A stretch of 64,000 nt of DNA from Longimicrobiales bacterium (GCA_965116905.1 OZ220732.1:3840001-3904000); one strand, 5' to 3'. Positions 29,220 to 39,637 are shown, counted from the stretch's first letter. Program-made: numbers and translations. The notes: a model not told the origin generated them from the sequence alone.

Positions 29220-32200
29220 AAGTCCCCTCCGTCCCCGTTGTAGGACACGCGCGCCTGCTCGCGGGTCACGAAGCCGTCGACCACGTCTTCCTCGACTTTC
29301 TGCGGGTCGCGCCGGCGCGGATCTCCCAACCCCCCGCCTCCAGGCGTCTCCAGAACGATCCGGTGGCCGGGCGGCACCACCTCGCGACCCTTGACCCGCA
29401 TCTCGCCGGCACCGGGAACGTAGACCCTGCCTCGGGATCCCTCGCCACCCCCTTCCCTGCCCCGCGCTGCGTTGCGGACGCGTTCGAACATCTTGGACAC
29501 GGCAAAGGGTGCGCCCTCGGCGTGCGAGATCTCCATGACCTGGCCCAGGCCTCCGCGATACTCGCCCGCACCGCCGGAGTCGGGAATGTACTCCTTACGC
29601 CAGAAAATGAGGGGCGATACGGTCTCGGTGATCTCGATCGGCGTACTGCGCACGCCCGACGGGAACGAGGTCGCGGAGAGCCCGTCCTTCCCCGGCCGCG
29701 CGCCGGTGCCGCCCGTGTGGAACGGGTTGACGACGAAGGGTTCCGCGTCGCCGTACGGATGGGATCCCGTGAGCCCCGGCCCTCCCATGAGCACCGGATT
29801 CCACAGGCACGAAGCCCCTTCGGCCGGCACGGATCCCGGGGGCATCGCCTGGGCCAGGCACCCGAGCACCACATCGGGGAGCATCTGGCCGATCGAATGG
29901 CGCGCGGACACGGCAGCCGGAGGCGGCGCGTTGAGGAGGGAGCCCGACGGAGCGGTGACCTCGATCGTGTCCAGCGAGCCCGCGTTGTTGGGGACTTCGG
30001 AGCCCACCACGCAGCGCACGCCGAACGACGCGTATGCGCGGGTGTACGTCTCGGGGACGTTGATCCCCCAGGGCGACATGGGCGAGGTGCCGTCGAAGTC
30101 GATGCGGATGCCGTCCGGAGTCACCGTGAGCGCACACACCAGCTCCAGGTCGTGGTCGTAGCCGTCGATCGTCATGCGGTGCCTGTACGTGCCGGGCCGC
30201 AATGCGCGAATCCGCTCCACCATGGCGCGGCGGGACGCGACCACGATCATTTCGGCCAGTTCGTCCAGCGAGTCCAGGCCGAACTCGGTCATCATCGCGA
30301 TCAGGCGGTCGCAACCGGTGCGATTGCACGCCGCCAGCGAGTACAGGTCGCCCTGCGCCACGTCCGGTTCGCGCACGTTGGCCCGCACCATGCGCATCAG
30401 CGTGCCGTCCACCTCGCCGGCGCGGATGAGGTAGCCGATCGGGATCCGGAGTCCCTCCTCGTACACCTGGTTGGCGTCGGCGCCGAAGCCGCGCCCGCCG
30501 ACGTCCGCGATGTGGCTGGTGGCCGCGAAGAGCGCCACCGGACGGCCCTTGAGGAAGGCCGGGGTGACGACGGTGAAGTCGTTGAGGTGGCCCGTGCCCT
30601 CCCACGGATCGTTGGTCACGAGCACGTCACCCTCTTCCAGGGTCTCCACGGGGTGGTCGCGCAGGAAGAAGCCGACCGAGGCCGCCATGGCGTTGACGTG
30701 TCCCGGCGTGCCGGTCACCGCCTGCGCCAGCATGCGTCCCGAGAGGTCAAAGACGCCCGCGGAGAGGTCGCCCGCCTCGCGCACCGGCGTCGAGAAGGCC
30801 GTGCGCACGAGCGTCCGGGCCTGTTCCTCGACCACCGAGAGCAGGCGGCTCCACATGATCTGGTCCTGCAGCGCCGAGATCCCCGCGGAGGCGACTTCCC
30901 GGCCGCGGCGTTCCGCCAGCAGATGGCCACCGGGCAGCACCCGCGCCTCCCATCCGTCCGGGATCACCGTGGTGGTCTGGGTTTCGGCGATGAGCGCGGG
31001 GCCCCGGACGCGGGTGCCCACAGCAAGGGTGCGGCGCTGGTGAACCGCGGCGCTCGAGACTCCGTCGCCGGTGCCGTCGAAGAGTTCGGCGCGTGCCACG
31101 GGACTGGGGGTCGGCGAGGCCTGCACCGGGTCGGGGACCGCCGAGGCCGCCAAGGTCTGCGCCGGGTCCGGCGCCGGCGTCGCGGCTGCCACCGGCGGGC
31201 GCACCGGGGCCGAGACCACCAGCGTCCAACTGAGCACCTCCACGTCCAGTCCCGGAATCGTGCGGCCATACACGGCGTGGTAGGCGCGATCGAACGCGGC
31301 GCGCAGGGCAGCCGCCGGATCGCCGCCGGCCCGGCCATTCGCCCCGTGTGGCGAAGCGCCCCCGGCGGTCCCCGCCATCACCTCCGGCGGCAGCTCCACT
31401 CCGATCTCGTGTCCCTGTCCCACGTACCGCATGTAGGCGTGGGCCCGTTCCGTAGTGGCAATGCCCGGGGCGCCTTCCGCGACCACGGCCACCGCCTCCT
31501 CTCTCATGCCGGCGAGTACATCGCCCACGAGGTCCGCATCGAACCCGGACAGTCGCATGTACCGGCTGCGAACCACCTCGTACGCGATCGGCGCCAGGAG
31601 GAACCCCACCGCCGAGCCCACGCCCGCGTCGCCCGGCACGATAAAGCGGTCCAGTTCCAGCTTGTCGGCCAGCCGCGCGGCGTGAATCGGCGCGGACCCA
31701 CCGAACGCCACGATGGTGCGGCCCGCAAGCCCCTTGCCCCACTCGATCGCGTGGGTTCGGGCGGCGTTGGACATGTTCTCGTCCACCATCTCGCTCACCC
31801 CCAGCGCGGCCAGGCGGGCGTCGAGCCCCAGCTCCGCACCCACGCGGCCGCGGATCGCCGCCTCGGCCCTGCCCCGGTCCAGCGCGATCGCGCCATCGGC
31901 GAACAGCTCCGGCTCGATCCGCCCCAGCACCACGTCCGCATCGGTCACGGTGGGCTGGTCCCCCCCCCGCCCATACGCCGCCGGACCCGGCTCCGACCCC
32001 GCGCTCTCGGGACCCACGTGTATGCGATCCAGGTCGTCCACCCCCGCGATCGACCCGCCCCCGGCCCCGATCTCGACCATCTCGATCACCGGAATCCGCA
32101 CGGGCAGCCCGCTGCCCTGCTTGAAGCGGTAGCTGCGCGCCACCTCGAAGGTCCGCGAGTGGAGCGGCTCGCCCCCGTCGATCACGCAGAGCTTGGCGGT

Positions 32201-33088
32201 CGTGCCCCCCATGTCGAACGAGAGCACGTCGCCCAGCTCCAGCTCGCGTGCCAGATGGCTCGCAAGGATCGCACCCCCGGCGGGACCGGATTCCACCAGA
32301 CGAACCGGTGCCGCGACCGCCGTCTCGAGCGTCGTCAGGCCGCCCCCCGAGGTCATGAGCAGGAAGGGGCAGTCGAGCCCCGATTCGCGCAGCGACTCCG
32401 CCAGCCCCTGGAGATAGCGCGACATGAGGGGCTGGACGTACGCGTTCGTGCAGGCCGTCGAGAGACGCTCGTACTCCCTGACCTCCGGACAGACATCGGA
32501 GGCCAGCGTGGTGAAGAGATCGGGACGCTCCTCGGCGAGGATCGCGCGGATCCGCTGTTCGTGCGCGGGGTTGGCGTACCCGTGGATCAGACCCACCGCG
32601 AGGGACTCGATCCCGTGTTCGTCCAGGACCGGCACGAGCGCCCGGACGGTGTCTTCGTCCAGTGGAACCAACACGCGTCCGTGTCGGTCCACGCGCTCGC
32701 GTACGGGCAGCCGCAATCGCCGCGGTACCAGCGGGGGCGGCCGGTCGACGCCGATGTCGTACTGCTCGAAGCGGTTCTCCTGGGCCATCTCGATGGCGTC
32801 GCGGTGCCCCTCGGTGACGATGAGCGCGGTGCGCGCGCCCTTTCGCTCGATGACGGCGTTGGTCGCCAGGGTCGTGCCGTGAATGACCAGCCGCACGGCC
32901 GATGGAGGAACCGCGGCGATGCCCATCACTTTGTGAATGCCTTCGAGCACGCCTTGCTGGGGCGCGGCATGGGTCGTGAGCACCTTGGTGGTCACGAGTC
33001 GGTTCCCCGTCTCCAGGGCGATGTCGGTGAAGGTCCCCCCGATGTCGATCGCCAGTCTCGCGGCAGGCCCGTCCGCGCCGCCGCTCAC
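29216..33088 (-). CDS. Fused hydantoinase A/B (5-oxoprolinase/N-methylhydantoinase family)
   Basis: IDIGGTFTD, HGTTLATN, ESGPAGG, DMGGTT, GAGGGS; B half REAGD, NDPWEGTGHLND, SGGAGEYRGG, TPGGGG. Confidence 0.92.
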   Translation of the reverse strand: MSGGADGPAARLAIDIGGTFTDIALETGNRLVTTKVLTTHAAPQQGVLEGIHKVMGIAAVPPSAVRLVIHGTTLATNAVIERKGARTALIVTEGHRDAIEMAQENRFEQYDIGVDRPPPLVPRRLRLPVRERVDRHGRVLVPLDEDTVRALVPVLDEHGIESLAVGLIHGYANPAHEQRIRAILAEERPDLFTTLASDVCPEVREYERLSTACTNAYVQPLMSRYLQGLAESLRESGLDCPFLLMTSGGGLTTLETAVAAPVRLVESGPAGGAILASHLARELELGDVLSFDMGGTTAKLCVIDGGEPLHSRTFEVARSYRFKQGSGLPVRIPVIEMVEIGAGGGSIAGVDDLDRIHVGPESAGSEPGPAAYGRGGDQPTVTDADVVLGRIEPELFADGAIALDRGRAEAAIRGRVGAELGLDARLAALGVSEMVDENMSNAARTHAIEWGKGLAGRTIVAFGGSAPIHAARLADKLELDRFIVPGDAGVGSAVGFLLAPIAYEVVRSRYMRLSGFDADLVGDVLAGMREEAVAVVAEGAPGIATTERAHAYMRYVGQGHEIGVELPPEVMAGTAGGASPHGANGRAGGDPAAALRAAFDRAYHAVYGRTIPGLDVEVLSWTLVVSAPVRPPVAAATPAPDPAQTLAASAVPDPVQASPTPSPVARAELFDGTGDGVSSAAVHQRRTLAVGTRVRGPALIAETQTTTVIPDGWEARVLPGGHLLAERRGREVASAGISALQDQIMWSRLLSVVEEQARTLVRTAFSTPVREAGDLSAGVFDLSGRMLAQAVTGTPGHVNAMAASVGFFLRDHPVETLEEGDVLVTNDPWEGTGHLNDFTVVTPAFLKGRPVALFAATSHIADVGGRGFGADANQVYEEGLRIPIGYLIRAGEVDGTLMRMVRANVREPDVAQGDLYSLAACNRTGCDRLIAMMTEFGLDSLDELAEMIVVASRRAMVERIRALRPGTYRHRMTIDGYDHDLELVCALTVTPDGIRIDFDGTSPMSPWGINVPETYTRAYASFGVRCVVGSEVPNNAGSLDTIEVTAPSGSLLNAPPPAAVSARHSIGQMLPDVVLGCLAQAMPPGSVPAEGASCLWNPVLMGGPGLTGSHPYGDAEPFVVNPFHTGGTGARPGKDGLSATSFPSGVRSTPIEITETVSPLIFWRKEYIPDSGGAGEYRGGLGQVMEISHAEGAPFAVSKMFERVRNAARGREGGGEGSRGRVYVPGAGEMRVKGREVVPPGHRIVLETPGGGGLGDPRRRDPQKVEEDVVDGFVTREQARVSYNGDGGDF

Positions 33089-33882
33089 GCCTTCTCTCCG
33101 TCCTCGCGAACCGGTACGGTGTAGTTGAGGGACAGCCGGCCGCCGTCCGGGTAGATCGTCTCGCCGGTCAGGTAGGAAGCGTATTCGGAGGCCAGGAAGA
33201 CGGCGACGCTGGCGACCTCGGCGGGATCGCCGATCCTCCCCATGGGCGTGCGCGACAGAATCGTTCGCCGGGCTTCGTCGTTGGCGATCACCACCTTGAG
33301 CATGTCGGTGAGGATCGTGCCCGGCCCGATCGCGTTGACGCGGATGTCGTGCGGCGCGAGGGCCATCGCCATCGCCTTGGTCATCTGCGCGACGCCGCCC
33401 TTCGAGGCCGCGTACGCCATCTGGTCAGGAATCGTGACGACGGCGTTGGTCGAAGACATGTTGATGATGACGCCCTTCGTCCCCCGATCCACCATGTGGC
33501 GCGCGACCTCCCGGCTGACCAGGAAGGTACCGCGGAGGTTTACCGCGATGACGCGGTCGAAATTCTCCACCGTGGCGTCCAGGATGGAGCCCGGAACGAT
33601 GATCCCGGCGTTGTTGAGCAGGATGTCACAGCCGCCGAAGCGGTCGACGCACGCCTCGAGCAGCGCCGCACAGTCCCCCTCGTCGCTGACGTCGGCGCGG
33701 ACGGCGAGGGTGGCCGCGCCGGTCTTGTTGGCCACCTGCCTGGCGGTCTCCGCGCACTGTTCGGCGAGAACATCGGCCAGCACCACGGCGGCACCGTGTT
33801 CGGCAAACGCCCGGGCGCACGCGGCGCCGATCCCCCTGGCCGCGCCGGTGACGACGGCGGTCCTTCCCTCGAGCGAAATCAC
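33085..33882 (-). CDS. Short-chain dehydrogenase/reductase
   Basis: TGAARGIG, NNAG, YAASK, IRVNAIGPG. Confidence 0.92.
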   Translation of the reverse strand: MISLEGRTAVVTGAARGIGAACARAFAEHGAAVVLADVLAEQCAETARQVANKTGAATLAVRADVSDEGDCAALLEACVDRFGGCDILLNNAGIIVPGSILDATVENFDRVIAVNLRGTFLVSREVARHMVDRGTKGVIINMSSTNAVVTIPDQMAYAASKGGVAQMTKAMAMALAPHDIRVNAIGPGTILTDMLKVVIANDEARRTILSRTPMGRIGDPAEVASVAVFLASEYASYLTGETIYPDGGRLSLNYTVPVREDGEKA

Positions 33883-33919
33883 GGGATGAGCAGAATCACG
33901 GGATGAGCAGAATCACGGG
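33877..33919. repeat. 17-bp tandem duplication (about 2.5 copies) at the SDR 5' end
   Basis: aatcacgggatgagcag x2 followed by aatcacggg. Confidence 0.85.
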
Positions 33920-33946
33920 CTGCCATGGGCTCCGAGGCGTCGGGGG

Positions 33947-34417
33947 TCAACCGTAGGGCATCGGCGACACCTTGCCGAGGAGCCGCGCGTAGACCGTCAG
34001 CGCTCCCCGGTGGTGGGCCGTATGATCCGCGATGGCACCGACGATGGCGGCGCGTGGCGCACCCCGCATGATGCGCTCGTCGGGGATGGGAGCATGGAGG
34101 ACCTCGTCGGGCGCAGCCTCGATGGCGGAGATGGCCGCGGCGTAGGCGCGGTCCAGCCACGCGTTCGCGTCGGCCAGGGACGTGACGGCCCTGGCGGCCG
34201 CGATGAGGCCCTCGAAGTCCATGTTCCAGCCCTCGCCGAACGCCCCCTCCACGAACCAGTCGACCGAGTCGGCGGCGTGCGCGATATGACCCGCCACCGT
34301 GTAGAGCTCGGGTTGGGGCGCGAACCCCGAGTCATCTTCGTCGAAAACCGATATCGTGGTCTTCATGTACTTGAGTGACGTCTGAAGCTGGGTGACCAGG
34401 GGGGCGGCGGCCGACAT
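33947..34417 (-). CDS. DinB/YfiT family protein
   Basis: TVAGHIAH and DHTAHHRGALTVYARLLG motifs. Confidence 0.85.
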   Translation of the reverse strand: MSAAAPLVTQLQTSLKYMKTTISVFDEDDSGFAPQPELYTVAGHIAHAADSVDWFVEGAFGEGWNMDFEGLIAAARAVTSLADANAWLDRAYAAAISAIEAAPDEVLHAPIPDERIMRGAPRAAIVGAIADHTAHHRGALTVYARLLGKVSPMPYG

Positions 34418-34536
34418 GTTCACCTGTCCTGTGCGATCGCGAAGGTTGCAGGAACGGGCGGCGGAGTTGTCGCCCGGGGTTGCCAAGTCTAGCTTGCCGA
34501 CTTGCCGACGCCAATCCCCTCAGCCCGGCCGGTTCC

Positions 34537-35859
34537 ATGAAGCGCACGCCATCGCCCCGCAGGCCGCTCTCCGCGGCCTCGTTCCCGCTCCTCACCGCCC
34601 TCGCCAAGCTCACCACGCTTGCGACGCTCGCGACCCTCGCCCCGATCGCGGGCATCGCCCAGGAGCTGCCGAGAATCGCTCCCGAAGAGGCGGGCTTCGA
34701 GGCAGACCGCCTGTCGCGGATCGAGGAGATCCTGCACGACTACGTATCGCAGGGCGAGCTTCCCGGCGCGGTCGTGGCCGTCCTCCGCAACGGGGCGGTC
34801 GTGTACGAGCAGGCCGTCGGCTACAGCGACGTGGAAACGGGCGCGCCGCTCGCGACCGACGCCGTCTTCCGCATCGCGTCGCAGTCGAAGGCCGTCGTCA
34901 GCGTCGCCGTGATGATGCTTCAGGACGAAGGCGCGCTTCTGATCAGCGACCCGGTCGGCAAATACCTTCCCGCATTCGCACAGACGACGGTGGCCGTGCC
35001 CGGAGAGGACGGCGCGTACAAGGTGGTGCCGGCGGACCGAGCGGTCACGATCCGCGACCTCCTGACCCATACGGCCGGCATATCCTACGGCTACGGACCG
35101 GGCGGCGACCGCTGGCAGGAGGCGGACATCACCGGGTGGTACTTCGCCCACCGGGACGAACCCGTCCGCGAGACCGTGGACCGCATGGCGGCCCTGCCGT
35201 TTCAGGCCCAGCCGGGGGACCGGTTCGTGTACGGCTACGCCACCGACATTCTCGGCGCCCTGGTGGAAGAGGTCTCGGGCCTCTCGCTGGACAGGTTCCT
35301 CGCGACGCGCCTCTTCGAGCCCCTGGACATGCGCGACACCCACTTCTATCTGCCACCCGGCAAGGAAGACCGGCTGGCCGCGGTGCACGGCCACGACGCC
35401 GCCGGCAAGCTGATTCGCTCGCCCGAGGGACCGGGGATGGACACGCAGGGACAGTACGTGAACGGACCCCGCGCGAGCTACTCGGGTGGCGCGGGCCTGC
35501 TCTCCACCGCGCGCGACTACGCCCGCTTCCTGCAGATGATGCTGAACGGCGGCTCGCTCGGAGACGCCCGCATTCTGTCGCCCGCGAGCGTGGCACTCAT
35601 GACCGCCAACCACGTCGGCGACCTGCTCGGTCCCGGCAGCGGCTTCGGCCTGGGTTTCCAGGTGCGCCTGGATCTGGGGGCGTCCGGCCAGCCCGGTTCC
35701 GTCGGCGACTACGGTTGGGGCGGCGCCTATCACACGACGTACTGGGTCGATCCGGCAGAGCAACTCGTGGTCGTGTACTTCACTCAACTCCGCAGCGTCC
35801 GGCAACCGGACGACCACGCCAAGCTGCGTGCGCTCGTTTACGGCGCGCTATCGCGATAA
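34537..35859 (+). CDS. Serine hydrolase, beta-lactamase family (secreted)
   Basis: FRIASQSK (SxxK), LLTHTAG, YGYATD, WGGAY. Confidence 0.9.
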   Translation: MKRTPSPRRPLSAASFPLLTALAKLTTLATLATLAPIAGIAQELPRIAPEEAGFEADRLSRIEEILHDYVSQGELPGAVVAVLRNGAVVYEQAVGYSDVETGAPLATDAVFRIASQSKAVVSVAVMMLQDEGALLISDPVGKYLPAFAQTTVAVPGEDGAYKVVPADRAVTIRDLLTHTAGISYGYGPGGDRWQEADITGWYFAHRDEPVRETVDRMAALPFQAQPGDRFVYGYATDILGALVEEVSGLSLDRFLATRLFEPLDMRDTHFYLPPGKEDRLAAVHGHDAAGKLIRSPEGPGMDTQGQYVNGPRASYSGGAGLLSTARDYARFLQMMLNGGSLGDARILSPASVALMTANHVGDLLGPGSGFGLGFQVRLDLGASGQPGSVGDYGWGGAYHTTYWVDPAEQLVVVYFTQLRSVRQPDDHAKLRALVYGALSR

Positions 35860-35910
35860 GTTGTCTGCGTAAGTCTCCAACTCGACTTCGGGCAGGGAGA
35901 ACAGGTCAGG

Positions 35911-37017
35911 ATGATTCTCATTGACCGGCATACGAGCACCGGCAAGGGTCCGTTCCAGGCCACGCTGCGGATCAAGCCGGCGTCACGCGTGCAGCTGATC
36001 GACGTCCGGGGCAGGCTGCGTGAGGAATTCGGAGACGAGTTCACCCGCTTTACCAAGTCCTTCTACATATCAAACCACACCACCGCCGGGTATCTGGACC
36101 AGCGCCTCGCGGAGCTCCTGGAGCACGACGGCCAGGGGATCGAGGGCTACCTGCAACTCTTCCAGCATCTCTTCCCGCCGGGCGCGGACTACGTGCACGA
36201 CACGATGCACCTGCGGACCGAGCTGACGGAGGAGCAGCGGGCCAACGAGCCGCTCAACGCCGATTCCCACCTGACGTTCATCGGCGCGGGTCTGCGGAAC
36301 TCGGCTTCGTACGAGCTCGACGGGCCCGAGCCGGTCTGGTTCGTGGAGCTTGACGGCGTTCATGTCGGGGGCACGCGCCACCGGCGCACGACGGTCGTGG
36401 CCTACGACGGCGAGGACGAGGTCGTCCGCCTCATGGTGCCCGTCAAGTCGTCGCCACACCCCATCGATGCGCAGAATCTCCGCGACGCCGAGCTGGGCTT
36501 CATCGGCGAACTGGAGGCGCTGGTGGAGAAGCACGGGGTATCGTTCGGACGGTTCGACGTGCTCCTGCCCGACGAGGAGCAGGACGCGGGACTGACGGTG
36601 AACGAATACGAGACCCTGCTCATGAATCACGACCTGCGCGAAGCCCTGAAGAACCCCTTCCGCTTCATGGCCCGGACCGGGAGGGACGTGACCGGCGCGC
36701 TGCGCGACCCGCGGACCCTGCCCGCCAAGGCGCTTAACTTCGCGCAGTTCGATGCCCTGCAGGTCCTCAACAAGCTGATGGACACCACGCGCCTGCGGGA
36801 ATCGATGGTGGAACGCGTGGTCAACCGGGCACTGGCGCTCCCGGTGTCACACTTCCTGCGCATGAAGCGCGGGTTCAGCCTGCCGGTGCTGGACCGAACG
36901 GGCGACGGGAGCGGCGAGATCGGCTGGGGCACCTACCAGAGCCCGATCCTTGTCCAGTGGAAGGCGCCCCCGCGCCCGATCCGGGAGTTGGAGGTCAGGC
37001 TGGTGAGGTTCGTGTAG
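35911..37017 (+). CDS. YjbQ/UPF0047-like protein, apparently two fused copies
   Basis: HTTAG, YVHD, NADSHL, ELDG in the first half; AGLTVNE and GTYQ in the second half. Confidence 0.55.
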   Translation: MILIDRHTSTGKGPFQATLRIKPASRVQLIDVRGRLREEFGDEFTRFTKSFYISNHTTAGYLDQRLAELLEHDGQGIEGYLQLFQHLFPPGADYVHDTMHLRTELTEEQRANEPLNADSHLTFIGAGLRNSASYELDGPEPVWFVELDGVHVGGTRHRRTTVVAYDGEDEVVRLMVPVKSSPHPIDAQNLRDAELGFIGELEALVEKHGVSFGRFDVLLPDEEQDAGLTVNEYETLLMNHDLREALKNPFRFMARTGRDVTGALRDPRTLPAKALNFAQFDALQVLNKLMDTTRLRESMVERVVNRALALPVSHFLRMKRGFSLPVLDRTGDGSGEIGWGTYQSPILVQWKAPPRPIRELEVRLVRFV

Positions 37018-37024
37018 CGGGGAT

Positions 37025-38299
37025 TCAACCCTCGCCGGGAAGACGCAACTCGTGCATGACGACCGTCTCGATCCCGAGATCGCTGGCCGACACTCCGAGC
37101 GCGTAGTCGGCCCCGAACTCCCAGACCGAGAAGCCTGCCGCCTCGCCGGGGCGTTCGAGGTGGCAGAGGAACTCGCCGTCGCGGGAGAAGGCCATGGCGC
37201 GTGTCGGGCCCGCCCCCGGCCGCCGGTACGGCCAGACCCAGAGACGCCCATCGCGGCCGACCTGCACGTCTGAGATGGCCGGCATCACGTCGGCTATGGG
37301 TCGCTCGGGGCTGATGTTCGGACCGTCGTAGTCGTCGTCCCAGATGTTGCTGCCCGTGCTGCGCCGCCTGATGTATTCCTCGCGCCAGGTGCGCACGTCG
37401 GCGGGGGTCACTTCCTGATCAGGAACTTGCCAGCGAACGATGGAGCGGAGGTTGAACGCCTCGTCCAGCAGCCGCACCTCGGCGGTCGCGGTGTGCGCGA
37501 GCGCGATCGTCCGCTCCCTGGCGTCGACACGGGCAAGGGGATCGAACAGGACACCTATGTAGTAGTTGTAAGCCTCGGTGTCCGGAGCCGGTCCGAGCCT
37601 TCGCGTCGGGAGCCGCGAGAGAACCCCGACCCGGTTGCCGTCCCGGTCGTGAACCTCAACGACCGCAGTGTCGGGTTTCGTGAAATCACGGCTGCGCGGC
37701 GACTTTTCGAGCGAGTTCACCGACACGCCGTTGTCGAGCACCCCGCCGCCGCGCGACGGGTTCGGGTAGATCGGGTCGAGCGCGACGTTGCGGACCCACT
37801 CGCCCGCGGCTGTGAAGACGACGTAGCGGTAGGGCCGGTAGTCCCCGACCCAGATCGTGTCGCCCGGCAGCACCCAGAGTACGAAGGGATCCTGGAATTC
37901 GCCGGGCCCCTCGCCGTGACGGCCCATCGAACGCAGGTGCCGCCCATCCGGAGCGAAGATCCTCACCTCGGCGCTCGTCCGGTCCGCGACCGCTACCGAG
38001 CCGTCCGCAAGCCGGCCCACGCCCCGAACGCTCGAGAACCACTGCGTGTCGTCGTTCTCATCGTCCCCAACACTGAAGATCGGCGTCTCGCTCAGTGTGC
38101 ACGCCGCCGTGTACGTCGCAGGGTCGCTCGTCACGATCCGCACCCCCGCGCTGTCGATCGCGATCATGGGGACCGGCGGCTCTCCCGCGTCGCAGGCAGC
38201 GGCGGTCAGGGCCGCGAGGAGGAGGACCGGTGCGCGGGGCGGAAGGCGCAGGTCCGGGGGAACACGCGCCGTCCGCTGTTGTCCGACCGTTCCGTTCAT
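37025..38299 (-). CDS. 6-bladed beta-propeller lipoprotein (DUF5128-like)
   Basis: Lipobox LTAAAC; DSAGVRIV; GRHGEGPGEF; start uncertain. Confidence 0.75.
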   Translation of the reverse strand: MNGTVGQQRTARVPPDLRLPPRAPVLLLAALTAAACDAGEPPVPMIAIDSAGVRIVTSDPATYTAACTLSETPIFSVGDDENDDTQWFSSVRGVGRLADGSVAVADRTSAEVRIFAPDGRHLRSMGRHGEGPGEFQDPFVLWVLPGDTIWVGDYRPYRYVVFTAAGEWVRNVALDPIYPNPSRGGGVLDNGVSVNSLEKSPRSRDFTKPDTAVVEVHDRDGNRVGVLSRLPTRRLGPAPDTEAYNYYIGVLFDPLARVDARERTIALAHTATAEVRLLDEAFNLRSIVRWQVPDQEVTPADVRTWREEYIRRRSTGSNIWDDDYDGPNISPERPIADVMPAISDVQVGRDGRLWVWPYRRPGAGPTRAMAFSRDGEFLCHLERPGEAAGFSVWEFGADYALGVSASDLGIETVVMHELRLPGEG

Positions 38300-38404
38300 G
38301 GTGCGCGTCCTTCGGATCCCTGGCATGATCGTGGTTTGCGTCGACACCGCCCGACCGCAAGTTACATCAGGTGTAACCATGCCGCATCCGAATCCGGAGT
38401 CGTG

Positions 38405-38839
38405 ATGGCCCAACTGCAGAACTACGCGAACCACGCCAGGCGCCCGCCACTGCTGTTCCTCGCGGGGTGCTACCTCTCAACGGCCGCTACGCTGGGCATC
38501 GGCTACCTGCTCGTCGTGGATTTCAGCGCAGGGACCCTGGCCCTGTTCGTGGTCGCGGCCTGTACGGCGATCGGTCTTCTCTATGCGCGGCGCTTCTCAA
38601 CCGGCGTTCAGGACCGGGTGATCCGCCTGGAGGAGCGCCTCCGGCTGGAGAGGATTCTGCCGGACGAACTGCAGGGCGAAATCGGGCAGCTGACGACGGA
38701 CCAGCTCATCGGTTTGCGCTTCGCCTCCGACGCGGAGCTGGCCGGATTGGTCCGCCGGGTCCTCGCGGGCGAACTGACGGACCCGAAGTCCATAAAGCAG
38801 GCCGTCGAACACTGGCGCGCCGACCATCAGCGCGTCTGA
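38405..38839 (+). CDS. DUF6526-like membrane protein
   Basis: QNYANH, VQDRVIRLEERLR, QLIGLRFASDAEL, IKQAVEHWRADHQRV. Confidence 0.75.
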   Translation: MAQLQNYANHARRPPLLFLAGCYLSTAATLGIGYLLVVDFSAGTLALFVVAACTAIGLLYARRFSTGVQDRVIRLEERLRLERILPDELQGEIGQLTTDQLIGLRFASDAELAGLVRRVLAGELTDPKSIKQAVEHWRADHQRV

Positions 38840-38856
38840 AAAGAGGGCCGCAAGCG

Positions 38857-39633
38857 CTACACCAGCGACCGCCCCTGTGCCCCGTCCACCGCCACGCACG
38901 CCCCGGTGATCAGGCTCGCGCGCTCCGACGCCAGGAAGGTCACCACATCCCCCACCTCCTCACCCTTCCCGAACCGCCCTAGCGGCAGGTTCGCCCGCAC
39001 GAACGCCCGCATCCCGTCCGGGTCGGCCTTCACCCGCTTGTCCCAGCTGCCGCCCGGGAACTGGATCGACCCGGGCGCCACGCAGTTCACGCGGATCGCG
39101 TCCTTCGCCAGCTCCAGCGCCATGATCCCGGCTGCCGAGATCAGCGCCGTCTTGGTCGTGTTGTAGATCGACAGCCCGGGTCCGCCCTTTTCCCGCCCGA
39201 AGACCGACGACACAAACACGATCGAGCCGCCACCCGCCTCGCGCATCAGCGGAATCGCCAGCCGCGCGGCCCGGAAGCCCGACAGCACGTTCAGCTGGAT
39301 GATGTCCAGCCAGTCCTGGTCGCTCGTCTCCTCGAAGCGGCCGCGCCGGTTGCCGCCGACGTTGTTGACGAGGACGTCGAGGGCGCCGAAACGGCCGCGC
39401 ACGGCGTCGACCAGCTCGGCCGCGCCACCCTCTTCGGCGATGTCGCACCGCACGGGCAGCACCTCGGCGCCCTCGCCCCGCAACGTCTTCGCCGCCGCCG
39501 CCAGCCCCTCCTCGCCACGCGCGCAGATCGCCAGCCGCGCGCCCTCGGCCGCCAGCGCCCGCGCACTGTAGAAGCCGAGGCCGCGGCTGCCGCCCGTGAC
39601 AACCGCGACCTTTCCGGCAAGTCCCAGGTCCAT
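38857..39633 (-). CDS. Short-chain dehydrogenase/reductase
   Basis: TGGSRGLG, NNVG, YNTTK, IRVNCVAPGSI. Confidence 0.92.
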   Translation of the reverse strand: MDLGLAGKVAVVTGGSRGLGFYSARALAAEGARLAICARGEEGLAAAAKTLRGEGAEVLPVRCDIAEEGGAAELVDAVRGRFGALDVLVNNVGGNRRGRFEETSDQDWLDIIQLNVLSGFRAARLAIPLMREAGGGSIVFVSSVFGREKGGPGLSIYNTTKTALISAAGIMALELAKDAIRVNCVAPGSIQFPGGSWDKRVKADPDGMRAFVRANLPLGRFGKGEEVGDVVTFLASERASLITGACVAVDGAQGRSLV

Positions 39634-39637
39634 GCCG

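Noticed and set aside
34537..35859. Beta-lactamase-family genes (also 44645..46105) as antibiotic resistance determinants
   Set aside because: Generic serine hydrolase motifs only; no evidence for true beta-lactamase function.
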